DNA of 59,685 nucleotides, filler included, from Thelocarpon superellum (lineage: Eukaryota): the NCBI GenBank assembly GCA_026025795.1. It is 4 parts of 4 records of this genome, joined end to end, with 100 filler letters (N's around TTAATTAATTAA, not from the genome) between each part and the next. Parts side by side here need not be neighbours in the genome. Positions count along the whole stretch, not along the records: positions 30,050 to 44,891 come from JAPEUG010000424.1; positions 44,992 to 59,685 come from JAPEUG010000426.1; 2 more parts are not named here. One strand, given 5' to 3'. Below, piece by piece: positions 35,985 to 47,215 of this stretch; positions within the stretch are counted from its first letter, which is position 1; each line of letters starts with the position of its first letter. The notes under the pieces are model-generated. The model was not told the origin of the DNA and searched no databases. It worked only from the letters and a program-made list of their open reading frames with translations. The position numbers and the translations under genes are program-made.

Positions 35985-38900
35985 CTAGAGCTGGCGACGA
36001 GGAAGACCACTACCGGCAGGTCCGTCCGCGCGTCGGAGCAAACGGACTGGTTCCACGCAGATACTTCGCGTGTAGCAGTTCACTTCCACCAACGTCACTT
36101 CATGCACATCACCCAACTGCACGCCCGCTGCCATCACGTGGGGCGAACTGCGGACCTGCACCTCGAGCCCCATGGCCAGGATGATGCCATTGATTCGCTC
36201 CGACTTGCCGCCCATCTGATGAATGTAACATTCCAGCGGTGGGAGTACGGGGAGTTCATGGAACTGCCATGCCCGCATCAGTAGTTGCGTCGCCCAGAAT
36301 CGGTCAGTCGCCCGCTTAGCCCTCGCTATCAGCGCCGTCCGAGCTTCGAAACGTGGCATGAGCTTCTCCAATTGCGGCCGCGTGAGGGCCAGATGTTCCT
36401 CATCCTGTTCTCCAGACCACGGGCGACCGGTCGCTGCTTCATGACGCAACGCGGCTTCAATCTGCCAGTGGACCAGCAGATCGCCGAATCGGCGTAGAGG
36501 GCTGGTGGCCTTGGTGTAGAGGTCCAGGCCCATGGTACAATGCGGCAACGCGGTTAGACTGACGATGGATCGCCCCAGCGAACGGAGGTACTCGGTCCCT
36601 TCGATCAGCGGGCTGAAGCCGGCGTGATTGCGGGGCGGCTGAGCGGCCTCTTGTACTCGACCGCTTGGCCTCCCGAGGTCGAGGGCCGTGACCGTGCCAC
36701 GGTAAGGGATGGGGATGGCCCGCTCGTGGCACCACCGCGCCGCCACTTCACAGGCCAGCACCATGCATTCCTGCACCGTCACCTCGCTCCCCAGGGATGG
36801 CAGGACAGTCGGGTCGAATGGTGTCGCTCGCAGCTGTATGACCGGGTCACCCGAAAAGAAGTGACTGCGGCGATTGCTAGGCATCCGTGGAAATGGAAAC
36901 CGTGGTCCAAGAACTTTGATCTGCCTCTCGGGCCGCTTGATGAACACTCCACCTTTCTCGGCGCGGAGACAAAGCCGCTGCTGTGCGAGCCGGGTCAACG
37001 TCTTCAGATCCTCGATCTGGCTACGAGAAAGGTCCGCGGCGACGGCACGTGGCCTTGGCTCGGCCGACGCGTTCGTGCCCACCGTGACCACTTGCTCGCT
37101 CATGGTCGTCTCGGGCTCGAGGACACGACGAAGATCTTCCGGGGTCAGGGAGGTCACATGACGGACGATGCTCGGCGTGATTCGAGTCGCCCGTATTTCT
37201 CCCCTGTTGTCCACTCGGGCGCTGAAAGTAAGGGCCGGTCGGTCGGGCGCCAAGCTGAAGTGGCGGGCGCATTCCTTGGGGAGCATCGGATAGACTTGAT
37301 CAGGAAAGTAAACGGTTTCGGTCAAGAGCTGTGCAGTTCGGGCCAGCTCGTGATGCGGGGATAGAAAGGCGGATGGATTGGCGACGTGGACATGGATCCA
37401 GTGGCTGGACGCGTCTCCTGGCACAGGCTCGACAGAGATACCATCGTCGATTTCCTCGGCATCGGCGTTGTCGATACAGTAGACAGGCAGTGTTCCCCAG
37501 TCCTTGCGGAGATGCAGCATGGTGTCTTGCCACCGCGGATCCACTAGCTCGGGCCGGCGCAGGAGTGAAGCATTCATTTGCCGGGTCTCCTCGGAGGATT
37601 CGGACGGAGGAATATGTCCCGGCAGGGAGAGGCGTCGGTCGAGCGCCGTGCGATTCTGCCAGGGCTGGTACACGCCGAGCTCCTGGAGCAAGATGAAGCC
37701 GGTGGCATGGTCCAAGTTATGCGTGTCGTACTTGCCCACCCAGCGCAGGATCATCGGACCGATCGCATTGATGGTGGCCGCGTTCGAAAAGGCCCGGTGA
37801 CCAGCCCACGCCTCGAAGAAGCGGATGATGGTGGTCTGCGCGCCTGAGAAGAGCACGCCAGACGAGTACGACGTAATGGTGTTCCCCGCGGGCTTGACAG
37901 CGGCTGCTTCAGCGTCGGTGCCCGATTCCCACGGCCCCAGCGCGCCCAGATGTGTCACGGCGCGAGCTCGTCGGCTTTGAGCGATCAAGGCGCGTGCCTT
38001 GTCCAAAAACTGCGGCAAAGGGTTTCCTCGGGGCACTGTTACTCTAAGAGCAACCTCCTCCCCGCCCTGGGTCTGGTTACACACAATGAGGGCTTCTTGA
38101 TACTCTCGTACCCACTTCCTCACGTGGTGAACGAGATGGAGGTGGCTTTTGGGCCGGATCTCGAACAGGCTAGTCAGGCGATGGAATTGCCGGTCCATTT
38201 CGAAGCCGGAATCCTCCTGGGCCAAGGCACGGTGGATGGCGTAGAGCTCAGCATCACCACAGGGTCGATGTGTCGAGGCAGGTAAGATCTGAGTCGCAAT
38301 GTCGGTGAGGGTGGCGTATCGATACTCTGTGTCATGGGCCAACATCTGATGGGCGTTGTCGACCATGGTGGAGTGCTGCCGATAGGTATGCTCCGACGCT
38401 CGCCAGAACTCGAGCACGCGGTTGATGATCGGACCACCGAGCTCGCGGGGCACGGAAAAGTCGAACAAGGTCATGTTGTTCTCCAGATCCTTGGGGACTT
38501 CCGCGCCCGGAAGGTAGGGGAGAATGGGATCCAAGAGGCTCGGCGGGAGGAATCCTCGCACCACGAACGGGATGGACTTGTTTTGGAGATGGACCCAACG
38601 ACCGCGAGCCGTGTAGAACTGTGATTCGTTGGCAAAGTCGCGGATGAAGATGGCCAGCTCCGGCTCCCGGTCGAGTCCCATGGTCGAGAGCTCAACTAGG
38701 TCCCCACGACGAAAGTAGAGGCGCGTGGCATCAAGGTCGCAAGGCAGATCGTTATCAACATTAGGTAGCGAGGTAAGCTCCTCGTCCGGGGAGAAGCTGG
38801 CTTCATCGAGGATGGGCGGTGCCAGCTCCTGGCGTGTCAAGTGGTTGGGAACAATTCCCGGTTTGACGCGATCGAAAATTCCCGGCATCAGATCCACGCC

Positions 38901-39249
38901 GCGCACAGGATTTTCAGCCTGCCACTCTCTGAGACGGTCCCGTATTCTACCCTTGCCAGAGCGCTCGTTCTTCGTCGCAGGCGGCGCGAAAGGACTGGAA
39001 GACCGCGGTTCTCTCTCGAGCATCTGTGGCGGTGCCATCTCCGTCGATGTACGGACATCTTTGCCGGCCTGGGCGTGAGAACGCAGTGGCATGTAGAGCT
39101 TCTGCCATCCATCAGCGGGGAGAGGTGTGCGTGGATACGACTGTATTCACCGACGAGTGGCCATGGTAAGACCGTACGCTCCCATTGATACGATCGAAGA
39201 GTGATTGCGCATGCCGTGGTGGCGATGCCTTCCAGCGGCATCTCGACAT
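35985..39249 (-). CDS. cyt-4: Mitochondrial exoribonuclease II (RNB family, Cyt-4/Dss1-like); main exon 39101-35985, probable 5' exon 39249-39151
   Basis: 1035-aa ORF with RNB motifs VYCIDNADAEEIDDGISVE, VHVANP, TVYFP, VQECMVLACEVAA, IPYR and YTKATSPLRRFGDLLVHWQI. A GTGAAT...GCTGAT...CAG intron 39150-39102 would add an Arg/Ser-rich presequence (MSRCRWKASPPRH...); this 5' exon is less certain. Confidence 0.88.
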
Positions 39250-40902
39250 TGATTGCGGATGTGAGCGCTTTGGTGGCGACGGAAAAGCCCACCAATCATG
39301 TTGAGGTTCGAGCGGTCATATCTTGTTGTGGACATACAACTTGGAATTCGTTACGCTCCGAAGTGGAAAGGCAGTCATGGTTACCGCTCTCTCGACGGGC
39401 CTCTTGCATACTCGTACAGTGTGCATCTTTGGGTGTTCGCGGCTGCGTTTGGACATCTTTCAGACAGCAAGATTCAGACCTCCAGTTGAGCCTAACTCCA
39501 GCTTGGGCCACGAGAGCTTTTGCTTTGTTTAAGCTGGTTACGCTGAACTGTAGTGGTCCCGCTAGTTAGTCAACCCCTGCTTCTCTGGACCTGAACTCGC
39601 CCGTGGCCAGATGTAAGCGCGCACCGCGAGAGCAAACAAAGCGACCCTATCATCCGCTCGGCTCGCCACACGTCTGAAGGAGATCCACATATTGCCCTGG
39701 TTGCTTCTTTGGCGCAAGATTGACCTACAGTGGATATGCTCCACTCATACAGAGCAATCTGGGCGGGAGCGCTCCAGTGCTATCGCTTGGGTTGCCTGGC
39801 TTGCGCGACGGGAGATCTCGGGTGGGTGGGTGCAGGCATCTATCCAACGAGGTCTTTTGAGGTGCCATGGTGGCGAACCGACGGGAATTGCGCTCGATGT
39901 GGGAATCGAGCAAGAAGCGTCGAAAGTATCGTTCACTATGTACTTACATGGTGCAGGACAGACAGTCGTTGGGCGCGAGGGCGAGTGGGATAATTGCAGT
40001 TGGCGGGTGGTGCGATGGTCAGTCCACGAGTGGTGTGATCCATAGTCAGGACAAGGGAGTTGGACTGGAAGATGAAGGTTCACGACGTAGGCCCCTCTAC
40101 ATACTCACAAACTTGACAGATTGGTCCTCGAGCGTTGTGTGATCAACACCATTGTATGGGCCACATCTTCAACCCGCCTCGTAACAGAGTGCAGTTGCAC
40201 CTGTATGCAAGAGGACATACGCAACGCCTCTGGCGAAGGATGGGGTTGTGCCGTCGGAGCGGCTTTTGCGTCAAGAATGTCATGGACTGTTCAGCGAATT
40301 GCCATCATAATCATCATGGGTGAAGTTCTCCGTTTGAACAAGGACTAGGATTCTTTAGCACTAGGTCCAGTTGGAAATGCGACCTTGTCCTCCTCCGCGG
40401 CAGTGAGCGCCATCACCGTGTAACAGGCGATGCGTGCCACTCAGTTGTTTCTTCAATTTCAAAGATCAAGGACCCACACAGCAAGGTTTCGACTCATTCC
40501 TGTGCAGGATGTCAGCTACTCCTTGCCTGTCCTTGATATCACGACCCCATCGCGTGCAGGATGCTGTTGGCTCAGAGTGAATATCGCTCACAGATAGTCC
40601 CCAATTCTGCGCTATGAATCACTATCGATGCTCGCTGCCCCTCTCCCAGCCGTCCGCCGCGCAAGCGACTATCGTGCCAACGCCCAGCCCCAGCTCCAGC
40701 TCCACATCGCTTTCGGCGCGAGAAGACCACGCCGCAGGTAGCGCTCGGTGCTGGACCGTCCCGTCAAGCTAGACGAGATGGACAGCATCGGATCAGCTTG
40801 GCACTCTTTTCCTATAAGAGTCGGTATCCGCCATGCCCTTTCAACCCTTTCAAAGGCATCGAGGACCTCTTCAAGCCTTTGCACTCTCCGTCGACCCCAA
40901 CC

Positions 40903-41817
40903 ATGACTCAAGTCCGTATACTTACTCACCGTCTGCCATGGGCGATCTCTCTCTTCGCCATTCTCTCCCACGGCGTGGTGGGTCCGACATCGGTGGCAGC
41001 CTCCGCGCCAAGGCGGGGCCTTTACTGCCCCGGCGAAGTCCCCGAGACCTACTATGGGGACGACTCATATCCGCCCGAAAGTTTTCCTACCCTGCAGGAC
41101 CTCTGCGACGCTTCACGACAACGACAAGGTCGGCCACGAAACATTGGATGCCGATGTGATTCGCATTGGGGCAAAACATGCCGAGAACGGGACGCTAGGG
41201 TCGTGCGTCTGTGTGCGAGCTGTGCCTGCCCGCCACCTGGACAGGAGTTGGAGCTGTGGAATGAGGCGGACCTGGAGGAGGCTGGGATACTTCTGGAAGC
41301 TCATCGTGTTGCACACGGTCATCAGTACGGGGCCGGTGACAATGCTGACAATCAAGGCGAGGCCGGAGAGGCGCCTGAGATTCTTGTGGTGCCTGGCAGC
41401 TGCCCAGACACGACGGCGACCGAGAGCTCAAGTCCGGTGACAGCAAATGCATCTTCGTGTTCGCCACCAGCGAATCGAGGTCGGCCCAGCGCGCCGATTG
41501 CCTGCGGCCGAGGCTGTAGCAGCGTGAGGTCGACGTGTGCGAGCTCCTGCAAATGCTTCGCCATCGGAGTGACGTCGGTCCTTTGGCGCGGCTTCTGCGG
41601 CCGACCTCGAAAGACCAAGGGCAAGCGCCGGCTGGCTTCCCGCGGCGACGGCAACGGCGACGACACAGGGGGCGACCATCTCTCCTTCCAGCCATCTGGA
41701 CCTCTTCCCTGTCCGTGCAATGGCTCGTACGTCTCCTATGCGTGCTGCCATAGCTTGACCGGCATCGTCTGGGAGTCACAAGATCACCGACTGGGGAAGT
41801 TAATTGTCCAGCCCTAA
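40903..41817 (+). CDS. Secreted cysteine-rich protein (20 Cys), paralog A, 304 aa
   Basis: Hydrophobic N-terminus (LPWAISLFAILSHGVVG). Cys pattern and C-terminal CPCNGSYVSYACCHSLTGIVWE...LGKLI are shared with the downstream paralog. Confidence 0.8.
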   Translation: MTQVRILTHRLPWAISLFAILSHGVVGPTSVAASAPRRGLYCPGEVPETYYGDDSYPPESFPTLQDLCDASRQRQGRPRNIGCRCDSHWGKTCRERDARVVRLCASCACPPPGQELELWNEADLEEAGILLEAHRVAHGHQYGAGDNADNQGEAGEAPEILVVPGSCPDTTATESSSPVTANASSCSPPANRGRPSAPIACGRGCSSVRSTCASSCKCFAIGVTSVLWRGFCGRPRKTKGKRRLASRGDGNGDDTGGDHLSFQPSGPLPCPCNGSYVSYACCHSLTGIVWESQDHRLGKLIVQP

Positions 41818-42759
41818 GCGATGTTCATGCCCACGGAGCTCGGATGACGCCTCCATTTTGTCTTCCTTAGATATGCTCACGCACAAAGTGAAACAGTCAC
41901 ACTTTGGTAGGTAGAAGTAGCGAAGAGGGCTTAGATGGTAGTCGCGATCGAATGGGCTTACCGCCAATAATGCGGGAGGTGACGAGAGCGCAAGCATGAC
42001 GGCGAGCATAGGTGTGCTGAGCATTTTCGCCAACGCTCCTGGACGGTCACGAGCACTGTGCCAGGTGGTAACGTGCAGTGACAGCTCAACTTCTTACTGT
42101 GGCCATTGGGCACTACAGTTAGGGGCACGAGGGTTGTACTGTTGTGACAACAAGAGTCTGCGTTTCCCGGTATGGCATCCCTCGATCCGCCGACAAGGCC
42201 TTCTGTCACGACGGATTATTCTGAGGATGAACGTTCTTGGTGGGCCAGTCGACGTCTGAACGACGGCGGCTGATGCCGAATGGCGGTTTCAAACCAAAAG
42301 CACCATGCTTTCGTCAAAGTCTAAAACTTCATAAGGTAGCTCGGAGCACGTTAGGTTGAGCAACGCGGGGCCATGCTCGTGTGCGCGTGTGCGGGTGCGT
42401 GTGCGTGTACGTGGGGGTAAATCGTGCTATTTGCCAGTGAAGGTGATGTGTGACTGACTACCCGAAAGCGAAGGTGGTGGCGCTCGCATGGCCTCATCTA
42501 ATGCACGTGCAATCACATCTGCAATCATACCTGAGGCTGGCCCATGCGCCCGCCCTTTTGACAGGAGTGAAGCTCGTCGCCTTTCGCTCTTCGCTTTTCG
42601 CTCGCCGCTCCTCATTCCTTTGGAGCAGGATAGCGTGCCGTATCCTTTTACAGGGCATGATATAAGGAAAGGCGAACAGCGGGAACATGGCCGGCTTTGG
42701 GACGATGTCCTGCTCTCGTTCATCTCGCCCCGTGTGTTGCGAGCTCTGTTCGTCGCAAG

Positions 42760-43797
42760 ATGTTCGGTCCCCTCGCGCTCCTCTCCCTTCTGCTCTCTCT
42801 CGCGGACCAGCCCTCACGCGTCTCTGGCCAATCGCCCGACACCAGCGGCGCGACTGGAACCGTCGGGAACGGACTCGGCGGAGTCGTGGACGAGGCTCTG
42901 CAATTGACATGCCCACACGACCTACCGGCCAACTGGGATTTGGAAGCAACATATCCGAGGGAAGACTTCGAAACTTTCCAGCGTCTGTGTGATGATTCGC
43001 TAAACGACCCATCGAGCGGAAACAAAGCGCCAAACATGGGGTGCTATTGCTCCCCGGTGCACGGAGACGTCAACTGCGACGAAGACATTGAGACCATGCT
43101 GTATTGCGCCGCAGCATGCCGGTGTGTCGAGCGCACGAATCAAACGGGCCCGCAAGACTTGGGCGAGACGAAGGTGAAGAGTTCAGAGGCGGAGAAGCCA
43201 GCGACCTGGGAGAAGATGGACGGCCTGTACGACGCGCTCATGCGGGCGCTAGCGGAAGATAAGGCCGCCTCGAGCCAAAACAGCGATATGGATCCCAAGA
43301 ATTGTGGGAGCGGTGATCCGAATGCTCGCTCCTGCCCGGTGCAGCCTCCACCCTCTCAGCCGGCAGCGATCAACTTCACCGAACCTCAGCCTCCCGCCAG
43401 CCCGAAGAACGATGCTTCGAGCCAGGCGGAACAGCAGCCGCCTGCAGCGCCTGCCGCTAATGATACCCAGCGGTGTCTTGGAACCTGCAACAGCATCGCG
43501 ACCAAATGTTCGCACGACGCGACGTGTATGTGTGGAGCATATTCGACGAATGTGCACTTGAAGACGGCCATCCGATACCTCGGTCACTGCATCTTGCGGA
43601 GCGCCCGCGTCCGCCGACGAGACATCTTTGGCGAAGACGACGGTGACGGCGACCACCTCTACCTCGACGAGGGCGGCTTACCATTGGCCTGTCCATGCAA
43701 CGCGACCTACGTCTCTCATGCTTGCTGCAACAGCATGACGGGCATGCTCTGGGAGCCGGCCCATCGGAAACTGGGCGAGTTGATCATTCAGTCCTGA
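42760..43797 (+). CDS. Secreted cysteine-rich protein (20 Cys), paralog B, 345 aa
   Basis: Signal peptide MFGPLALLSLLLSLA. C-terminal CPCNATYVSHACCNSMTGMLWE...LGELI; Cys order collinear with paralog A. Confidence 0.82.
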   Translation: MFGPLALLSLLLSLADQPSRVSGQSPDTSGATGTVGNGLGGVVDEALQLTCPHDLPANWDLEATYPREDFETFQRLCDDSLNDPSSGNKAPNMGCYCSPVHGDVNCDEDIETMLYCAAACRCVERTNQTGPQDLGETKVKSSEAEKPATWEKMDGLYDALMRALAEDKAASSQNSDMDPKNCGSGDPNARSCPVQPPPSQPAAINFTEPQPPASPKNDASSQAEQQPPAAPAANDTQRCLGTCNSIATKCSHDATCMCGAYSTNVHLKTAIRYLGHCILRSARVRRRDIFGEDDGDGDHLYLDEGGLPLACPCNATYVSHACCNSMTGMLWEPAHRKLGELIIQS

Positions 43798-44257
43798 GTG
43801 GAGACGATTGGTTCATGTACCATATCGCATCTCTGCCCATCTCTGCCCATCTCTTCTTTCAGCTTTTCCGTGCTCTAGCTACGACGGCCTTTGGAATGGG
43901 CATCTCAAATGGTGTTTGGGAGCTGTTTTGTAGCGTTTGGTCTCATGGTGGCATGTAGGATAGGTCCAGCGGTACTGGTGGTCAACCGACCATTCAACAT
44001 TTAGCTGCAATAATATGGATCGCGCAGCGAAACGTCCACGACGTACAGCCGAAAGTTTAGCGACATTGACATCATCTGAAGCTGGGTGGGAACTTTCGCC
44101 GTCGACGCCTATTTTGAATTCTAATAAATCACGTGGTGCGTCGGCTGCACCTCGAAACCTCGTCCGTGTTGTGGAACAGGAGTGGAACAAGAACAGCCAT
44201 CCGCACCTCCGCAACGCAATCAATCCGAGGTTCAAACGCAGTGTAAGCAATTCCTGT

Positions 44258-44329
44258 CCTCCTCCTCCTCCTCCTCCTCCTCCTCCTCCTCCTCCTCCTC
44301 CTCCTCCTCCTCCTCCTCCTCCTCCTCCT
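44258..44329. repeat. (CCT)24 microsatellite
   Basis: Read directly; source of the poly-P/G/S/R ORFs in the track. Confidence 0.95.
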
Positions 44330-44891
44330 TCTTCTCTCCATTGCTCTATGTGTCTACTCCGCTCTTCTCTTCTCTTCTCTGCTCCCGTCAGTAAGACGTA
44401 ACCCACCCGTCATCGCGGCTCAACACAACCCAACGAGTGGGATTGATTGCAGAGACAATTCACGAGACCAAGGATGAGAATCTTCAACAGTAGCATGTAT
44501 TATCCTAGTCTCGCAACTTTCTGTCTCGCTCTTCAGAGCAGATAGGAAGAGGCGAGATCCTGAGGAGTACGTTCTGATTTCTGAGATCTTCGCCGCTTTC
44601 CCTGCCCTACCCTGCCCTGCCTCCTCGTCGATCAAAGCAATGCTCCGCAGTCTATATCCTTCCATCCTTCCTTTCTTCCATCTGACCCGTCCAGACTCGG
44701 CCTTTTACTCTTTCATTGATGGCGGCTCCGCGTGATTAACCACACCTCACCCTCGCTGACTTGATTCTCACGAAGACATTCACGACCGTTCAAGAGCTGG
44801 CTGGAAATGCAGTGACGTGACGCTTGATTGAGATGGATTGAAAGGGCACGAGGAAAGGCGTTGCAAAGAGACATGGCGCCATCACCCATCA

Positions 44892-44991
44892 NNNNNNNNN
44901 NNNNNNNNNNNNNNNNNNNNNNNNNNNNNNNNNNNTTAATTAATTAANNNNNNNNNNNNNNNNNNNNNNNNNNNNNNNNNNNNNNNNNNNN
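44892..44991. other. Artificial contig linker N44-TTAATTAATTAA-N44
   Basis: Same 100-nt spacer. Confidence 0.98.
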
Positions 44992-45745
44992 GGCGGGGAA
45001 AGAGAACATGGCGAAGAAGGTCGGGCAGATGCCGAAACCCACGGGTCGCAAAACCCTCGGCATTCGACGCAGCAACGTTGGCTGGTCTGCGCGTCGCGGG
45101 CAATGAGATGCGGGATGGGATCACAACACGAGTGGACAGAGGAGCGGGTCGGTGGGCGCGAGACGACGCCGCAAATCCAATCACACCCCATTCTTGCGCG
45201 GCGATCTGAGTCTTTTGCGTTGTCGTGTCGTGTCGAGGTTGATTTCGTTTTGAAACTCGCACCTGTTCGTGCATTGTTGGTGTTGGGATTGGGAGGCAAG
45301 GGGAGGGAAGGGAAGGCGGGGGTGGGAAGGGAGGAGGGGTGGAGGAGAGGAAGGGAACATGGAAAGGATGGAAAGGGAAGGGTGGAAGAAAGGGACACGA
45401 TGGTGGCACGGGGGAAGGGAAGGGAGGAGGAACAGGGATAACCCGAGGCGTGGGACGTCCCCCACGCCTCGATATGAATTCCTACACTACGACGGAACTC
45501 TAAGATCCACCTCTTGATGCTCCCTCAATGCGAGGTTTGAGATCGAGGACGAGATCGAGATTCTATAGATCGTGTGTAGAGCTCCCCCCCAATCCACCAA
45601 TTGAAGCAACTCCTCGCGTTCACTTCGCCGCTTCATCTTCTCCCTTCCCTGCACCTACCCTTCCTCAGATCCTCCAACATTGCCATAGCCCCCCATCTCT
45701 CCGTAATGCCCACCCGTCACAATCGTCGGTCATCACCTTTCAAAA

Positions 45746-47215
45746 CTAAACCTGGACATCAGCGGCCGAAGGAGAAGAGGAGGGGATAGAGAATAGAGAA
45801 TGGCGGAGAGTGGAGAGTGGAGAGTGGAGAGTGGAGAGTGGAGAGTGGAGAGTGGAGAGTGGAAAGTGGAGAGTGGAGAGTGGAGAGTGGAGAGTGGAGA
45901 GTGGAGAGTGGAGAGTGGAGAGTGGAGAGTGGAGAGTGGAGTGTAAAGAGGGAAGGAAGGGACAGTACATACCGAGACCCATTGATTGAGATTGTAATGG
46001 CCCCCAACGGAAAGTTGAGGGATCTGCGCATATTGCTGCTTGAGTAGGAGGCGAGTGTCTTGGAGGACCTAGGGCGGAGATTTCAGCTCGAGTATCTACC
46101 TGGAGCGTGAGGAGTGGGCTGAGCATCGGCTTACGTTGACGTAGCTCTGTTGTGGGTTCTCGGTCATCGTCTTGATGAAGGCGTACGACATGGCGCCTAG
46201 GCTCGTCAGTGGATAGACTCCCGGGCCCAACGGGACCTTGGGCGTACCCGTGGCCTGGCCGGCAACCGATGTGTCCGCCGAGGTCTGGTCGTCGGCACAG
46301 CCGCTAAACATCCACACGTCCTTGCCTTCGTGGCTCCAGTCCTCTACAAAATGCTCCTCGCCGAGGCCATCTTCGTCAGAGGGCTCGGGTCGGTGCTGCA
46401 GCGAATGGAAGAACGATTGAGCCCCGCCGATCAGCGCTTTGGCGTCTTGGATCTTGTCGACGGTGAAGCCGCCTTGGACCAGGTGCTTGGCGGCCATGGC
46501 AAGGTTGATGCCCTCTTTGACGTTGTCGATCATTTTGACCGACCCGTCTTCGTCCGGGCGGAAGACGTAGGGAAGTTCGACGGCGGAGCCCGAGTGACAG
46601 CAGTCGAACACGATGGTCAGCCGCACAGCCGGATGCATGGGCGAGACGATCGCTTTGTGTAGCTAGACCATCCCCATCAGCCAGAACCCCTTCGCAGGTG
46701 ACATCATCTGCACCACCCACCGTGTCACTGGTAATTTGCCCACGTCGCTCGAAGTCCACGGGGCAAATGGTGTCGTCGAATCTGAGCGAGAACCTTAGCA
46801 TCGCGGCAAGAACGGATCCGTAAGGCCGCCCTTTGCCCTACCCTGAGTCTCGGTCACCATCCGGATCCGGCACCTGCCCTGGCAGATGAGTTAGCTGGGT
46901 CGAACAGGGCGTACGAGGACTGGGCAACAGCTCACCGCCATGGCCGGAGTACGAGATGAAGACGGAGTCGCCAGGGCGGTTGCCGGTCACTAGCCATTGA
47001 AAGGCGGACATCATATTGTGGCCTGTGGGTTCATAAGGCGTGCCCCGGTTCTCTGGGGCGTCCGTCAACATAACCATATCAGCGGGATCGGAAGAATAGC
47101 CCCGGCCCCGGACGAGGTACTCGCGCATGTTGTAGGCATCGTTAATGCAACCCTTCAACTGGTGACTGGAGCCGTAGTAGTTGATGCCGATCAGCAACGC
47201 TTTTCGACGCGGCAT
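45746..47215 (-). CDS. Metacaspase (peptidase C14B) without N-terminal prodomain, multi-exon
   Basis: MPRRKALLIGINYYGSSHQLKGCINDA, catalytic His YSGHG, DDTICPVDF, catalytic Cys FDCCHSGS, FSGCADDQTSAD, GAMSYAF, and VLQDTRLLLKQQYAQIPQLSVG. The last intron is 45972-45752, followed by a 6-nt exon (GTT TAG). Confidence 0.93.
45805..45937. repeat. 7-bp tandem repeat (GGAGAGT)x19 inside the last metacaspase intron
   Basis: Read directly. One GGAAAGT variant at 45861-45867. Confidence 0.95.

Noticed and set aside
42378..42413. Alternating purine-pyrimidine tract (GTGTGCGCGTGTGCG...) between the Cys-rich paralogs
   Set aside because: Short and imperfect; Z-DNA or regulatory role unsupported.
43879..44406. 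Poly-Gly/Pro/Ser/Arg ORFs
   Set aside because: Products of the (CCT)24 microsatellite; no coding evidence.
45290..45430. Polypurine GGAAGG-rich tract and Pro-rich antisense ORF
   Set aside because: Low-complexity sequence near a contig end; no periodic unit or gene structure.
45746..46126. VESGEWR / LHSPLST repeat ORFs
   Set aside because: Translations of the intronic 7-bp repeat of the metacaspase gene.
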